DNA of 64,000 bases, from positions 24,800,001 through 24,864,000 of the forward strand of contig OZ024757.1 of NCBI GenBank assembly GCA_964016885.1, in the 5' to 3' direction. Source of the stretch: Eledone cirrhosa. Taxonomy: Eukaryota. Position numbers and translations under genes: made by a program. Every line of letters begins with the position of its first letter. The first letter of the stretch is position 1. Shown one piece after another: positions 40,290-54,943 of this stretch. The notes beneath the pieces are model-generated. The model ran no database searches, was not told the DNA's origin, and saw only the letters and a program-made list of their open reading frames with translations.

Positions 40290-40514
40290 GGCATTGAAGA
40301 TCCCTTCTTCATTTTTAAAGAAAGGGATGTGCAGAAATTGGTATGAGAGAATTCTGTCATTACCACAGCAGAGGTCTGACGAACTTTTGATTCCAGAGTC
40401 GGGCCAGATCGATATCGATTGAACCTTGAGCTGATCAATAGTGAAATGTGCGTCACCAACCAATAAACGCAATGAAGACATAACAAATTGTCCTTGTATT
40501 ATATTTATTATATA

Positions 40515-41173
40515 CTAGCTGAATTACATGCGCCTTGCTGCGTTTCACACATTTTTTTGGTAAGTAAATGATGATTGATTTTAAATCAGTGATATAATTT
40601 ATGGAGAAAAACTCTCCATTTCAATATTACTCAATGTAAAATGTAATGCATGAAAAATTGAAAAACATTATTTTTTGTAATATATCAAATCAAAATTACA
40701 TTAATAAATCTTATTCCTATTCTGTTTCTTGTAAATATTTTTTTTCAAAATATCAATTCAAAACTTTTGTGAATCGCATCATATCTTGTCATTTACCCAT
40801 GGTTTAAATTTCATATAAATCAAAAGGAAAACATTTTCAGCGGGGGTTTATGTCTCCGGGGAACCCTAATAGGGGGTTTAACCCCCATTTAGGGTGTCTT
40901 AATATTATTGAAATTTGCTGAACTTTTGTGAATAGGCATCATATCTTGTCATTTGCTATGGTTTAAATTTCATATAAATCGAAGGGAAAACATTTTCAGC
41001 AGGGGTTTGTGTCCCCGGCGAACCCTTTGATTAAAATGAAATATATGTATCCAAGTACCGTGGGCAATGTAGTTTCAGAATATGTATGGTTATGGGGGTC
41101 TATCTCCAAAACCATAGGAGGAGTTCGTGAACAAACAAACAGACAGGAACTACAACTTTATATATATAATAGA
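40515..41173 (-). mobile_element. Non-autonomous Helitron
   Basis: Minus strand A|TCTATTATATATATAAAG..(CTGT/TTGT)n..CTAG|T; internal duplication with about 160-bp period. Confidence 0.72.
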
Positions 41174-41190
41174 TATATATATTATATATA

Positions 41191-41552
41191 CATGGTTAGA
41201 GCATTGGCCTTGCAATCAAAAGGTTGTGAGTTTAATTCTCAGACCGGGTGATGTGTTGTTTCCTTGAGCAAGACACTTTATTTCACATTGCTCTAGTTTA
41301 CTCAGCTGTAGAAATGAGAGGATAGGACTGGGGTCCCTATCATTCCACTGTAAAGTGGTCGTGGAGGTGCCACGGCAAAAGAGCACCCAGCACTCACTGT
41401 AAAGTGGTCGTGTAGGCGCCACGGCAAAAAAAGCACCCAGCACTCACTGTAAATGAGTTTGGTGTTAGGAAGGGCATCCAGCTGTAGAAATAAAGCCAGA
41501 ATCAGTTCCCGTCCCACCCTTGCAAGCAGGGAAAAGGGGACATAAAATGATG
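41191..41552 (+). mobile_element. SINE family 1
   Basis: tRNA head, CORE-like domain, 48-bp modules, RTE-A tail. Confidence 0.8.
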
Positions 41553-41631
41553 AAAAAAAAAAAAAAAAAAAAGTTTAGATGATTCAGTAGATTTGTGGTT
41601 TACTGAACAAGGTACCAATATTATTACTATG

Positions 41632-41826
41632 GCGTAGGTGAATTGGCAGTATCGGTAGAGGGTCAGACACCATGCTTTCCAGCATAGTTACGTCACTTTA
41701 CAGTCTGAGTTCAAATACCGCCGGGGTTAACTTTGCCTTTCATCCTTACGGGGTCGATAAAATAAAGTACCAGTAACGCACTGGGGTATTTGCTGGCCTT
41801 GTGCCAAAAGTAGAAACAATTATTAC
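41632..41826 (+). mobile_element. SINE family 2
   Basis: Head, core and tail as at 9679-9861. Confidence 0.8.
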
Positions 41827-42326
41827 TCTATGTTACAGCAGAGTTTATGAATTAAGAAGAACAGAACAAGGTTTCACAATCAGATTTGTACAAATCATAG
41901 CCCTTATATTCCATTCACAACTGATATAGCTAAACACTGTTTACTGTCACCTAAACTATCAGTGTGTCAAGCTGGCTTCTGATTTGTCAAGGACTGGATG
42001 GATCACCGTCATCTCATTGGTTCATTTCACATAACCTGTTGTATTGATAATATATTTTCATGTACCGTCTTGTATTGTTTTCTATTTATTCAGTTGAATC
42101 CCTAACACATTATGTGTCTCTGTGTGTGTATCTACATGTGTACGTGTATGCATGTGTCTATATGTGTAAATGTGTGTGTTTAATTTGCAGTGGGTTGATT
42201 TTACAGTTGATTATATATATATACACACACATACATATTTATATATACACACACACACATATATATATACACACACACACACATATTTATATATATATAT
42301 ACACACACACATACATTTATATATAT

Positions 42327-42363
<37 letters not shown>

Positions 42364-42438
42364 CACACACACAGAGATATATACACACATATATATATAT
42401 ACACACACATATATATATATATGTACACACACATATAA

Positions 42439-42485
<47 letters not shown>

Positions 42486-42615
42486 CACACACATATATAT
42501 ATATATAGACTGAGTTTTCTTTTTCTGTTTGCACAGCGAAACCTATATATCACTATAATCATTTAATATCCTTATATAAATATATATATATACACGGACA
42601 TATGTGTGCGCGCGC

Positions 42616-42651
<36 letters not shown>

Positions 42652-42764
42652 ACGTGTTTGTGTGTGTGCGCGTGTGTGTGTAAAACGTAGACAGAAATAA
42701 CAAAGCAAACAACACAGTACATTGAAGATTTACATTAGTTTTACGCTTGATATAGTAGGAAAAG

Positions 42765-42800
42765 AGTTAACATTTCGGACACTGGTCCTTCATCAGAAAA
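42765..42800 (-). ncRNA. Decayed minimal hammerhead (family of 26170)
   Basis: CTGATGA-aGGACcagtGTCC-GAAAT-GTT. Confidence 0.6.
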
Positions 42801-42901
42801 TAGAACGAAAGAAATAGAAAGAGAGTGAACGGGGGCCGAAACGGAAAAAAAAATTCTTCAAGGAAAAGCAGTCTGTTCATTTCACCTTGTATATTTATAT
42901 A

Positions 42902-42989
42902 CAGGGTGTCCCCCAAAAATGTATACACACTTTCATTACCTGTACAGGAAATATTTATTAGAATGGTGTATACATTTTTTGGGACACCC

Positions 42990-42991
<2 letters not shown>
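42902..42991. mobile_element. 90-bp Tc1/mariner MITE
   Basis: TIRs cagggtgtcccc.aaaaatgtatacac / gtgtatacattttttgggacacccgg; TA TSDs. Confidence 0.85.
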
Positions 42992-43029
<38 letters not shown>

Positions 43030-43031
<2 letters not shown>

Positions 43032-43915
43032 ATCGTTTAACATCCATCTTCCACGCTAGCATGGGTTGGACGGTTTTGTCCCACTTGAGGTGAGATTGGT
43101 TGGGAGACCATGTCTCGCTCGTACAGAACTGTCTCTGGCAGGTTATCTATGGCTTGATGCCCTTCCTAACACCAACCACATTTACAGTGTGGACTGGGAG
43201 CCTTTTTACCGTGTCTCCTACACGACCACTTTACAGTGTGGACTGTGTACTTTTTGTGTGTCACCTACACGACCACTTTACAGTAGACAGAAATGGCAGG
43301 ATGGAGTAGAGAGTGTGGGTGGGATGTATATTGGGTTAAGATGTGCCTTCTTACTGTTGGTTTAAGTTTGTATGCAAGGGAAGGTGGGGCTTCTGTACAA
43401 CTGCATAGCGCAAAAGATCTCGTGACATTGTCTTGAGAGATGTGAGTAAGGTCAGTTTTTATCACCTCGTCCCAGGTTTTTCTTGGTCTACCCACTCCGC
43501 AGCTTTCATCAATTTTGATCGCTCTGCACTTTTTTATGCAGCTGTTGTCCTCCATATGCATCACATGGCCATACCAACACAATCCCCTCTCCAGAACACA
43601 ACATTTGATACCTCTTATGCTTAGTCTCTCTCTCAATTCGTTTAAGCTTTGCCATTCGTGTACATTACTATTACACATCCATTGGAGCATGCAAGCTTCA
43701 TTTCTTTCTAATCTACACAAGTCTTCTGTACACAACGCCCAGGTCTCACTACCATGTAGTATTGTCATTCGTATACAAGCATGCAATCTGCCTTTCAGTT
43801 TTAGGGAAAAACCCTTTGTGGCCAACAGCGCTCTGAACTTTTTCCATCCTGTTCTAACTCTGGATACTGTACTTTCAGAACACCCTCCTCCACTGCTGAT
43901 TTTATTACCCAGGTA
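43030..43915 (-). mobile_element. Decayed RTE-B-like 3' fragment
   Basis: ORF 43265-43825 read on the minus strand has LHGSETW and WYGHV; 3'UTR motif present. Confidence 0.85.
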
Positions 43916-44310
43916 ATTAGATAGTACAATTCAACAGGTTATAATTTATAATCACTGGTATATATATACATGTTGGAGATAATCATTATGCAACAGTTAT
44001 CACCGAAATATATCTAACTACGCTGATGAATAAACAAAGTGAATTATAACCTGTTGACTTCATGATCATATATATGATCATATATACTCTGGAGTAAACA
44101 GACCCACTTTATTGAGTGCTCTACCCTGCATACAGAAGTGTCGGTGATTAATTAACACTTATGCTAATTAACTATATATATATGAAGGCACATGGCTGAG
44201 TGGTTAGAGAATTGGATTCACAATCGTGAGGTTGCGATTTCAATTCCTGGACCAGGCAATGTGATATCTCCTTGAGCAAGACACTTTATTTCACATTGCT
44301 CCTTCTACTT

Positions 44311-44385
<75 letters not shown>

Positions 44386-44398
44386 CACACACACACAC

Positions 44399-44445
<47 letters not shown>

Positions 44446-44474
44446 TATATATATATACATATATATACATATAT

Positions 44475-44708
44475 ATGGAGGATGACCGCTGGGTAAAGTG
44501 CCAAGAAATCCCAGTAGAAGGAAGACGCAGTAGAGGTAGACCACATAAAACATGGGCAGAGGTGGTGAGAGCAGACCTCAGATCGCTGAAACTCACCGAG
44601 GAGATGACGAAGGACCGTGACAAGTGGAGAGATGCTGTGATGAATAGGACCCGTCCAACCCTTGCAAGCAGGGAAAAGAGGACGTAAAATGATGATGATG
44701 ATGATGAT
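44475..44708 (+). mobile_element. RTE-A 3' end
   Basis: Near-identical to the C-terminus of ORF 498-1124, plus (GAT)n. Confidence 0.9.
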
Positions 44709-44835
44709 ATATATATACATATATATATATAGTAATAATAATTACGAAGAACAAAATCCGAAGAGGGCTCGATAAGGGTTGTATATATACATATATATAA
44801 TATAAAAGTATATATAAAGCCTTAGGGCAAATATT

Positions 44836-44966
44836 TATTATTAGAACAGATTAAAATTTAAGCAAACAACCTTTGCTTTCACCCTATTATGGGATCTTCT
44901 GAAACAAGATCCCATAATAGGGTGAAAGCTGAATTCTTTGCTAAAACTTTAATCTGTACTAATAAT
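44836..44966. mobile_element. Decayed PLE-type palindrome with partial hammerhead core
   Basis: Inverted arms; AAGA-tCCCataataGGGt-GAAAGC..GCT-A. Confidence 0.55.
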
Positions 44967-44987
44967 TAATATATATATATATATATA

Positions 44988-45797
44988 TCATCATCACTGT
45001 TTTACGTCTATTTTTCCACACTAGCATGGGTTAGACAAGTTATCCTGTTGTGGGCAATTCCAGGTCAGGTGACCATGTTTTGCTCATACAGAACTGATTT
45101 TGGCTTGGTTTCTACAGCTAGATTCCTTTTCTAACGCCAACCACATTTACAGTGTGGACTGGGTGCTTTTTTTCGTGACACCTACATGACCACTTTACAG
45201 TGTGGACTGGGTGCTTTTTGTTGTGACACTTACACAGTCATTTTACAGTGGGAGGGGGCTAGGAGCATACTGTATATATGTTTCAGCTTCGGCCTGAACC
45301 CGTGGGAAGTCGGGTCTGCTGTATTACTGCATAATGCCAGAGATCACAGTGTGTGTATAATATATCATCATCATCATCATTTTATGTCCGCTTTTCCCTT
45401 CTTGCAAGGGTGGGACGGGTCTTATTCAGCACAGCATCTCTCCACTTGTCACGGTCCTTCGTCATCTCCACCGTGAACTTCGATCTGAGGTCTGTTCTCA
45501 CCACCTCAGCCCATGTTTTTCGTGGTCTACCTCTACCACGTCTTCCTTCAACTGGCATTTCCTAGCACTTCTTCACCCATCGGTCATCCTCCATGTGCAT
45601 CACGTCCATACCACCTCAGTCTCCTCTCCTGTACACTACATTCTATCCCTCTCAGACACAGTTTCTCTCTCAACACATTCATGCTGGGTCGTTCATGCAC
45701 ATTGACATGTGCCTCATTTTTCTCCAGCCGTCGCATATCCTCTGCAGTTGCTGCCCATGTCTCACTACCATGCAGCATCGCACTCCTCACACAGGCA
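44988..45797 (-). mobile_element. Adjacent RTE-B (44988-45350) and RTE-A (45365-45797) 3' fragments
   Basis: Direct similarity to 16580-16950 and 474-940. Confidence 0.85.
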
Positions 45798-46874
45798 TTT
45801 ATTTCAATATATATTTATATAAATGGAAAAGAATGAAACGAAATTTCATTTCTCACTCTTAGTACGGCTGATACTTAAATGTAAGTATGTATGTATACGT
45901 ACAGACATATATGTATACAGATGTACAGTAGTATGTATATATATACATACATGCACACATATATATATATGTACATATGGGTTTACTGAACATTTATTAT
46001 AATGTTCAGTTTGTTTGTAAACAAACAAACAGCCTGAATTACGCAGTACAGTGTTCAGGCAACCATCGTCGCCTTTTTGTTCAACCACTGACACAGGAAC
46101 GATGTACTAGTTTCAAACTTATTAGCTATCGTCAGCATCGTATACCTTCCTGCCAGATGATTGAACGTCTGAAAGTATATACTTTCCTTATGCATATTAA
46201 CGGTTGAGCAGCCTAATTTGCATATCGAGTGAGTTAGTCGGCTGGGCGCACCAAAAACGATATATATAGATATATATATAAATAGGGAGACACAAAGCAT
46301 GCTTTGTTTACAAACAGCTAGCGAATTTGAAAATTAGATAGTAACATGTGCAGAGGTTTTTTAAAATCCCACCTAACAGACTAATTTTATTTAATCAAAT
46401 ACAGCGTAAGCACATGTTACTACCTAATTTTATATATATATATGAAAAATTTGGGACCCTGACAGCTGAGCTCTGGCCGTTTCAACAGCTAGATCTGAAC
46501 GCATATAGATAATTATATATATATATATATATAAAGAGAGAGAGAGATAATTACTTCATGTTGTCACTCATCAATACCACTCTCAATGTATCCAGAGTTA
46601 AATATCCAAATGTCCAGTGACAAGCAAGGGCAAGATGACCAGTAATATTTGAATCTTAAATATTATATGAGAAGGCCACCTCTGACACCAGCAATTCACC
46701 TGGGGTTTGTTTTGATCTTCAAGTTTTCCTTCCGCAACTGATTTTATTCTGTATCCAGATACAAACCGAGGTATTTCTGTATCTTGCAGGCCAACAATTG
46801 GTTGAGAGAATTCTTCAGTTGTATCATGAGAACCTGAAGGACCAGACTTTCTCCTGCAGAGGCCCTATCGACAA

Positions 46875-47545
46875 GTTTTCCATGCCAGCATGGGTTAGAC
46901 AGATTGTCCCGTGTGAGACAAGTCAGATCAGATGACCAATGTCTTGCTCATTACAGAAATGTTTCTGGTTTGGTTTTTACAGCTGGATGCCCTTCCTAAT
47001 GCCAACCACATTTACTGTGTGGACTGGGTGCTTTTTATCATCACACCTACATGACCACTTTACAGTGTGGACTGGGTACTTTTTGTCGTGACACCTACAC
47101 GACCACTTTACAGTGTGGACTGGGTACTTTTTGTCGTGACACCTACATGACCACTTTACAGTGTGGACTGGGCATTTTTTCTCTTGACACCTACACGACC
47201 ACTTTACAGTGTGGACTTGGGCAATGTCTATTATGACACCTACACGACCACCTTATAGGACTGGGCACATTTTGTCGTGACACCTATTCGACCACTTTAT
47301 AGTGTGGGCTGGGCTCTTTTTGTTGTGACTCCAACATGAACACTTTACAATGTGGACTGGGCATTTTTATTATGACTTACACGACCACCTTACAGTGTGG
47401 ACTGGGCACCTTTTCTCATTACACCTATTTGACCACTTTATAATGAGGACTGGGCTCTTTTTGTCATAACACCTACACAACCACTTTATAGGATGGACTG
47501 AACACTTTTTGTTATAAGCACTTTACAGTGTGGGCTGGCCATTTT
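46875..47545 (-). repeat. RTE-B 3'UTR with an old 48-bp array
   Basis: About 11 diverged units next to the tail motif. Confidence 0.75.
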
Positions 47546-48636
47546 TTTTTTTCGTGTCCTAGAATCAAATCTTATGTTTGTGAGTTCAGCACCCTAACCA
47601 CTCAGCAACATGCCTTCATATATCAGTAAACAGAATATAGAATAAACAATAAAGATTAATTATATATAAATCAGAAACCTGTAAAAACAAGTTGAATTTT
47701 TTTGTTGTATTTTAAGTATTTTTATTTCTGGTTTTGGCCCAAAAGTTCAACCAAGCCCCGAGGAGTCATTACCAACCACTTTGGAGATACATGATTTAGA
47801 ATGCCTGTGTTACTTCCAGATGGAAGCTGTTCATGGGCTTTGCTTTACTATCACTATTGAGAAGTAATGTAGAAGGAAAAAGAAAAGTAAGAATGAAGGA
47901 ATAAATAAGAGGGTGGAAGGAAGGGGTTGGGTGTAGAGAGGGAAAGAACAGGAGACATGGAGGAGAGGAGGGGAAATGATAAGGAAGGGGTAAGGAAGGG
48001 GAGGGTGAGAGGATGGGAGAGGAGATATATATAAATAAATAGGAGGAAAGGAAGAAAGAAGCATAGAGAAAAAAGTGATGAAGGTGGAAAAAAGATGAAA
48101 GGTAATGAAAGGTAACAGTGATGATGGTGTTGGTGATGGTGGTGATGACAATGATAATGGCGATGAGGGTGTTGGTTTATGCAGGTTGTGATGATGAAAT
48201 GGTGGTGATGGTGGAGGTGATTGTGGTGGTGGTGATGATGACGTTGGTGCTGGTTGTGATGGTGTTGATGATAATGATGTTGGTGGTGATGCTGATGATG
48301 ATAATGATGGAGGTAATGGTGGTGGTGGTGATGGTGATGACGTTGGTGCTGGCTGAATGGTGTTGGTGATAATGATGGTGGTGGTGGTGTTGATCATGGT
48401 GGAGGTAATGGTGGTGGTGGTGATGATGATGTTGGTGATGCTGATGATGATAATGATGGAGGTAATGGTGGTGGTGGTGGTGATGATAATGAAATGGTGG
48501 TGGTGGTGGTGATGATAATGATGGAGGTGGTGGTGATGATGATGATGGAGGAAAATGAGAAAAATAATGAATACCCTTGAGGGATTATTAAGGAGTGCCA
48601 TTATTAAGTGTGTGTGTGTACACACACACACGCACT

Positions 48637-48740
<104 letters not shown>

Positions 48741-48802
48741 TATGTATATGTATATATGTATATATATATATATGTATATATATATATGTATATATATATA
48801 TG

Positions 48803-48883
<81 letters not shown>

Positions 48884-48898
48884 GTATATATATATATG

Positions 48899-48929
<31 letters not shown>

Positions 48930-48930
48930 G

Positions 48931-48993
<63 letters not shown>

Positions 48994-49064
48994 GTATATA
49001 TATATATGTATATATATATATGTATATATATATATGTATATATATATATGTATATATATATATG

Positions 49065-49189
<125 letters not shown>

Positions 49190-49676
49190 ATAAATATATG
49201 TGTGTACATATATGTATATATGTGAGTGTGTGTACATACATATATTTATGAGTATGAGTAAGTATATATAATAGCAATTATAACATTTAGAATGAGAATG
49301 GTGATGTATTATAACTTGAACCACAAGAGAAGACAAACAAGTGAGGTCGTTAAGATGGAGTATTATTGAAACTAATTAATTAATTATAGATTCAGGTCAA
49401 CACACACACACACAGATATGTGTAGACATGTACATCCACACACAGCCGCATACACACATATTGCCGTCATCGTCACCACCACCACCACCACCACCACAAT
49501 CATCCGCCATCATCAGCATCACCACAATCATCATCACCATCACCACCTCCACCCTCACCCCCATCACCACCACCACAATCATCATCCGCCATCATCAGCA
49601 TCACCACAACCATCATCAATGTCATCATCTTCATCATTACGGCCACCGCCGCCATCATCATCACCATCACCACTAC

Positions 49677-49715
<39 letters not shown>

Positions 49716-50772
49716 TGTCATCATTTAATGTCTGCCTTCCCTGCTAGCAATGGTTGCTTGCACGAGTCATCACAAACCAAGTGAATATTTAATCGGTGTT
49801 ACTGTCCTCTCAGATGGGCTGGGGCCTCATCGTGCTTATGTTCCAGCACACCACACTCTGAACAGGGTGCATTTTATTGTTGCATCAACACTAGGGAGGT
49901 TGACATGTCTTTTACCCAACTAAAGAGTCCCCTTACCCTTTGTTTGGCACATTTTCTATAGCTGGATGCCCTTGCTAACAGCAACCACTTTACAGGGTAC
50001 TGGGTGTGTTTATCATGTAGATCACCAACACTAGGGAGGTTGCCATGTCTTTGACACAGTTGAAGAATCTCCTCTACCCTTTGTTTGGTACAATTTCTAT
50101 GGCTGGATGCCTTTCCTAACACCAGTCACTTTACAGAGTGTACTGGTTTATTTTTTATCATTGCCAACACTAGAGAGGTTGCTGTGTCCTTGACACACTA
50201 AAGAATCCTCATAACCCTTTTTGTCATGGTTTCAACAGCTAGATGCTCTACCTATCATCAACCACATTACAGGGTGTACTGGATGAGTTTTGTCATAGCA
50301 CCAGCACAAGAGAACTTGGTCGAGTACAATTATTTCATGGTATCAGCCCTACCACATTACAGGGTGTGCTGCATATGTGTTATCGCAACACCAGCACAAG
50401 AGAAGTTGTTGCATGTTCATATCCAGTTTAGAATAACTACACTATAGCCCTGCATGTAGTAAGAAGCGACTAAAAAGGATGGTATTGAGAAGGGCATCTG
50501 GTTATAAGAAGTTGCCTTAAAAAGTCCTTTCCAACTCATGCCAGCATAGAAAAGTCGATGTAAAAACAATGAGGAGAACAATATAAATATATATACACAT
50601 ACACACCCCAGTACACCTTTGAAAAGGCTTGTTTAATACAAGCTGAAACCACTTGGCGTCACAGTTGGGTTTTTACCTGCTTCTATACCTGCTCTGCTTC
50701 TCCCAAGACAGAGTACTCTGCCGATTTGTGGTCTCCTAGTCTCAGCACCACAGACTGTCTCTCTAATATATA

Positions 50773-51170
50773 TCATCACCGTTTTACGTCCGTTCTTCCA
50801 CCCTAGCATGGGTTAGACGGGTTGTCCTGTTGTGGGCAGTGTCAGGTCGGCTGACCATGTCTTGCGCATACAGGAACTGATTCTGGCTTCATTTCTACAG
50901 CTGGATGCCCTTCCTAACACCAACCTCATTTACTGTGAGTGCTGGGTGCTTTTTTGCCGTGGCGCCTACACATCCACTTTACAGTGGGGGCTGGGTGCTT
51001 TTTTGCCGTGGCGCCTCCACGACCACTTTGCAGTGGAATGATAGGGACCCCAGTCCTATCATCTCATTTCTACAGCTGAGTAAACTGGAGCAATGTGAAA
51101 TAAAGTGTCTTGCTCAAGGAAACAACATTGTTGCAAGTCCAATGCTCTAACCACTAAGCCATGCGCCTTC
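50773..51170 (-). mobile_element. SINE family 1 with RTE-B tail
   Basis: Same head and core as other copies, but tail matches 16600-16760. Confidence 0.8.
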
Positions 51171-51439
51171 ATATATATATATATATATATATAGCAGAAA
51201 ATAAGTTGCTTATAACTTCTTGAGGATAAGCTGGTCCAATCAATCCAAAAGCACTTCAATATGCCTGCTGGCATCACATAACCAGCTACATGTCTCCATG
51301 ATTGCATAACTACACCTACGATTGTATAGGCATCTGATAAAGTCACATTCATAACCATGTAACAGAAATACATATCATGTAATAAAGCAATAATGGTGAA
51401 ATAATCCTGTCTAAACTACTCTTATTTGATATATATATA

Positions 51440-52080
51440 TCTGTATATATATAAAGATGAGGGTTTCTGTATGTGTGTGTGCGTGTGTGTGTGTGTGGAC
51501 AATTTTTAATGAGGGCTCATATATTCTAAACCATTCATGCGATTTCTTTGAAATTTTTTACAGAGCTTCTTGCACAAAACCTGTACATGATCTACAAAGG
51601 CCTTCAAAAATCGATATTGGGGCCTTTGGAGACATTAAAAAAGTTTCAGTTATTTGTGTCAATTTTTGTGATTAAGTAAGACAAGAGTTATCTTTCGTCA
51701 AAATTTTGTGATTAAGTAAGACAAGAATTATCTTTCGTCAATACAATAGGAACTCATTTTTGATGTTGTCAAAAATTTTGTTTGGGGATTTTGATTATTA
51801 CAATTCGGCTCATTCGGATTTTACTTTACTCTTTGTACTTGAAACAAAAGGTTTTACTGTTGTCAACAAAATGTATAACTAGACTGGATTTCTGTTGTTA
51901 CATGGGATAATGGATGACACCGAGCTCACATATTAATTATTTCGCTGGAATAGTACCTAAGGTTTTCATGTTTACATAAAGTACGTTTTTCTTCTATGTA
52001 TTCAAATTTATTTTGTTTATAGTTTAATGAGCTACATCGAAAGCTACTTGAACCGTCCAAAGAACGGGTACTTTAGCTAG
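51440..52080 (+). mobile_element. Non-autonomous Helitron
   Basis: A|TCTGTATATATATAAAG start; subterminal hairpin CCGT-ccaaaga-ACGG; CTAG|T end. Confidence 0.75.
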
Positions 52081-52919
52081 TATCATCATCATCATTTTAC
52101 GTCCGCGTTTCCCTGCTTGCAAGGGTATATATATATATTCATCATTATCATCATTAGAAAGGTAGCCACATTCTGAGGCCAGACATGTCAGGTGAAGGTG
52201 TCTTGGTCATACACTTCATTTTAGCAAGGTTTCTATAGCTGGATTCTCTTCCTAATGCCATTTTCATGGCATATACCAGGTTCATTTTCTCGTTGCACCA
52301 CTACACTACTACTTTACAGTGCAGGCTGGGTCCATTTTATTGTGTACTGAAGTAAACAGTTCTTAAAAGATTCTACTATAGTACTTAAGGCATTAACTAA
52401 ATGAGTCCTCTTCATACATATGAGAAGAATGTAGAATGTATTTCCTGAAGAGAAGAGCGAAAGTGACTTCAAAGTAGCTGCTTATTGCTTCATACATATG
52501 AGGATAGGCTGACTTTGAAGGAGCGATGCTAGAGCTGTGAAATCTTGCATGCATTACTTGCAACTCTTATTATTATTAACTGCATTGTTTCTTTCCAGGG
52601 ACTATGTTGAAAAAAAAACCTCATTTGGTCATTCCATGAGAGTATCTTGGTCAGCCAACCTTCGTAATACATATAGACACACAGACACATACAATACCAA
52701 CTATATAGGAGGAATGCATGCACACACAAACAAAATACATATTCCAATCATCCTCTTGTTTCTGTTTCCCTTTTCTAATGAAGGATTAACATCTGAAACA
52801 TTAAAATACTTTTTCAACTCTATCAAGCTTTAAACTAATATACCATTACTGTATTGTATGGTTCTCTTGTACTGCTTATGTCATTTTGCTTTTTCTTATA
52901 CACACACAGAGGCAATACA

Positions 52920-52958
<39 letters not shown>

Positions 52959-53959
52959 ATAAAGGTTGACGGACCCAGCATATTTATCAATGCCAGTACC
53001 GGTTGTATCTCAGCGTACTCAATAGGCAATGTAAGATACATTACCAGAGTATACACATAGTTATTTGCCTCAACACAACACACGTAAAATGGGTGCCTAT
53101 AAGGTTCCCGGACTCGAGTTTCTGCCGCACTAATGCAGCAGTAAGGTGCACTGCACCATCTGTCTGCATATATTATGCAACAATGCACAATTGGCTTATG
53201 CAGCTTCATCGGCGGGTATCGCCTAATCAATAACCAATCGATCAACAGAATCCAAACACCGGCCCATGCCAGTCATGACTGTTTGTGACAACCAACACGG
53301 TAAAGCTATTAGCAACTGGCACCCGATAGGACTCTATCTCTCAACTAGCCACTGATTTACAAATTTTACGTGGGGACGGGAAGCTAAAAAGAATCAATCT
53401 TTTAGTTCCTGTCAGAAGCTCTCAGCCAACGTGTCTCACACACAAATTATCAAGGGGTGAAAAGATGGCTATTAGAAATAGCAGTTCACATTGATATAAA
53501 ATAGAATGGTAGCATTCTATATATACACATATATATAGATGTGCTACACAAACAGAGGCACAATACAATGAATCTATATAGGTGGTAAGAAACACAATTC
53601 AATCAATTAATAAAAAAGAAAGATCAATGGATTATGTCAATAAATGAGACATAGATAGCCAATATATATATACATTGTATGTTTGAACTTCATTTGAATG
53701 ACAGCCATATTTCACTATAATTAGACAGATTTCACTATAATTAAACACATCTCGTTATAATCCATCTCACCTTTGACAGGAAACCTCAAAATGACAACAT
53801 GAATCACAGACAATACTTAATTACACTTAGCTATTCTTTTATTCTTTCACTGGCTTCAGTCATGATTGAAGCCATGCTGGGGCACCACTTTAACCATTGT
53901 GACTTGAAGGAGATTTTAGCTGCTATTTTTTTTTTTTACAATAGAAGAAATATAGGCAA

Positions 53960-54225
53960 GCACTGATTTACTTTTCTTCCTGTTCGCCCAGTTATTCCTT
54001 GAGGTTCATAGGGGCAGAGTCCTCAAAAACTCCTTCCAGCGGATCCTGTCAGAAGCGACTGTCTCCAATTGATCCAGCTGGATCCCCAGGCGTGTCCAGC
54101 TGAGCTCATGGATGTTATACAGCCATCTTGCTCGGGGTCTACCTTTGGGTCACCAACTGGTTGATTTTGTCCATAAAATCTCCTCTGCGATTCTTTCCTG
54201 AGACATTCTAACCACAAGTCTGTGG
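53960..54225 (-). mobile_element. Decayed RTE/Expander-like LINE 3' end
   Basis: Minus frame ..GRPRARWLYNIHELSWTRLGI..DRIRWKEFLRTLP. Confidence 0.55.
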
Positions 54226-54659
54226 TATCGGAGTTGTGATCTCTCAATTTGGAGAAGTAGCAGCTCTACCTGGAGCAACTCTCTCATCTCTGAGCTACAC
54301 ATTCTATCGCGTAACATTAGTTACTCAAAAGACCCTTCAGAGGAACACCATTTTGGCTGCTTGTATTCACAATCAAAGATTCATGGCCACAGGTAAGAGT
54401 TGGCACAAATACCAAATTGAAGATTGTCCCTCATTTTGGCCACTTGAAAGGAGAGATTGGAAAGAAAGGCAATCCCGATCTAAATACTAATGGTGCGACC
54501 TTAATAGACTTTTGTTCTACTAATGGGCTATCTAATATGATCACCTTGTACAAAGACATCCATAAATATCAATTTACTTAAAATATTATGGCCCGTCTAA
54601 ACCCATGCTAGTGTGGAAGATAAACGTTAAACGATGATGATGATGACGATGATTTAATA

Positions 54660-54943
54660 CTAGCAAAAAAGTCCATCGTTGCTGGGCAAACCTTTCGCCA
54701 CTGTAAATAAAGACCCCCCTCTCTCCTCAACATGGCCGTCTTTAAATAGAAACAGAACTCTACTATTTTAGTGGAGAACAAGATTTAAACTATATGTTTA
54801 CATGCTCCAGGAGCTAAATAGCCTATGTATCAAATTTGAATAAAATTGGATGGAAACTGTGGAAATACAGACAGACAGACAGACAGACATACAGACAGAC
54901 AGACAGATAGATAGACAGACATTTTTGTTTTTATATATAGAGA
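54660..54943 (-). mobile_element. Short non-autonomous Helitron
   Basis: A|TCTCTATATATAAAA..(CTGT)n..CTAG|T. Confidence 0.7.

Noticed and set aside
46331-46430. 22-bp inverted repeat, and a similar one at 43931-44057
   Set aside because: Too decayed to assign as PLE palindrome or MITE
46700-46833. Possible 134-bp minus-strand exon (AG..GT, open frame)
   Set aside because: Another frame reads IQKYLGLYLD with stops, typical of a decayed LINE RT thumb; the polypyrimidine tract is weak
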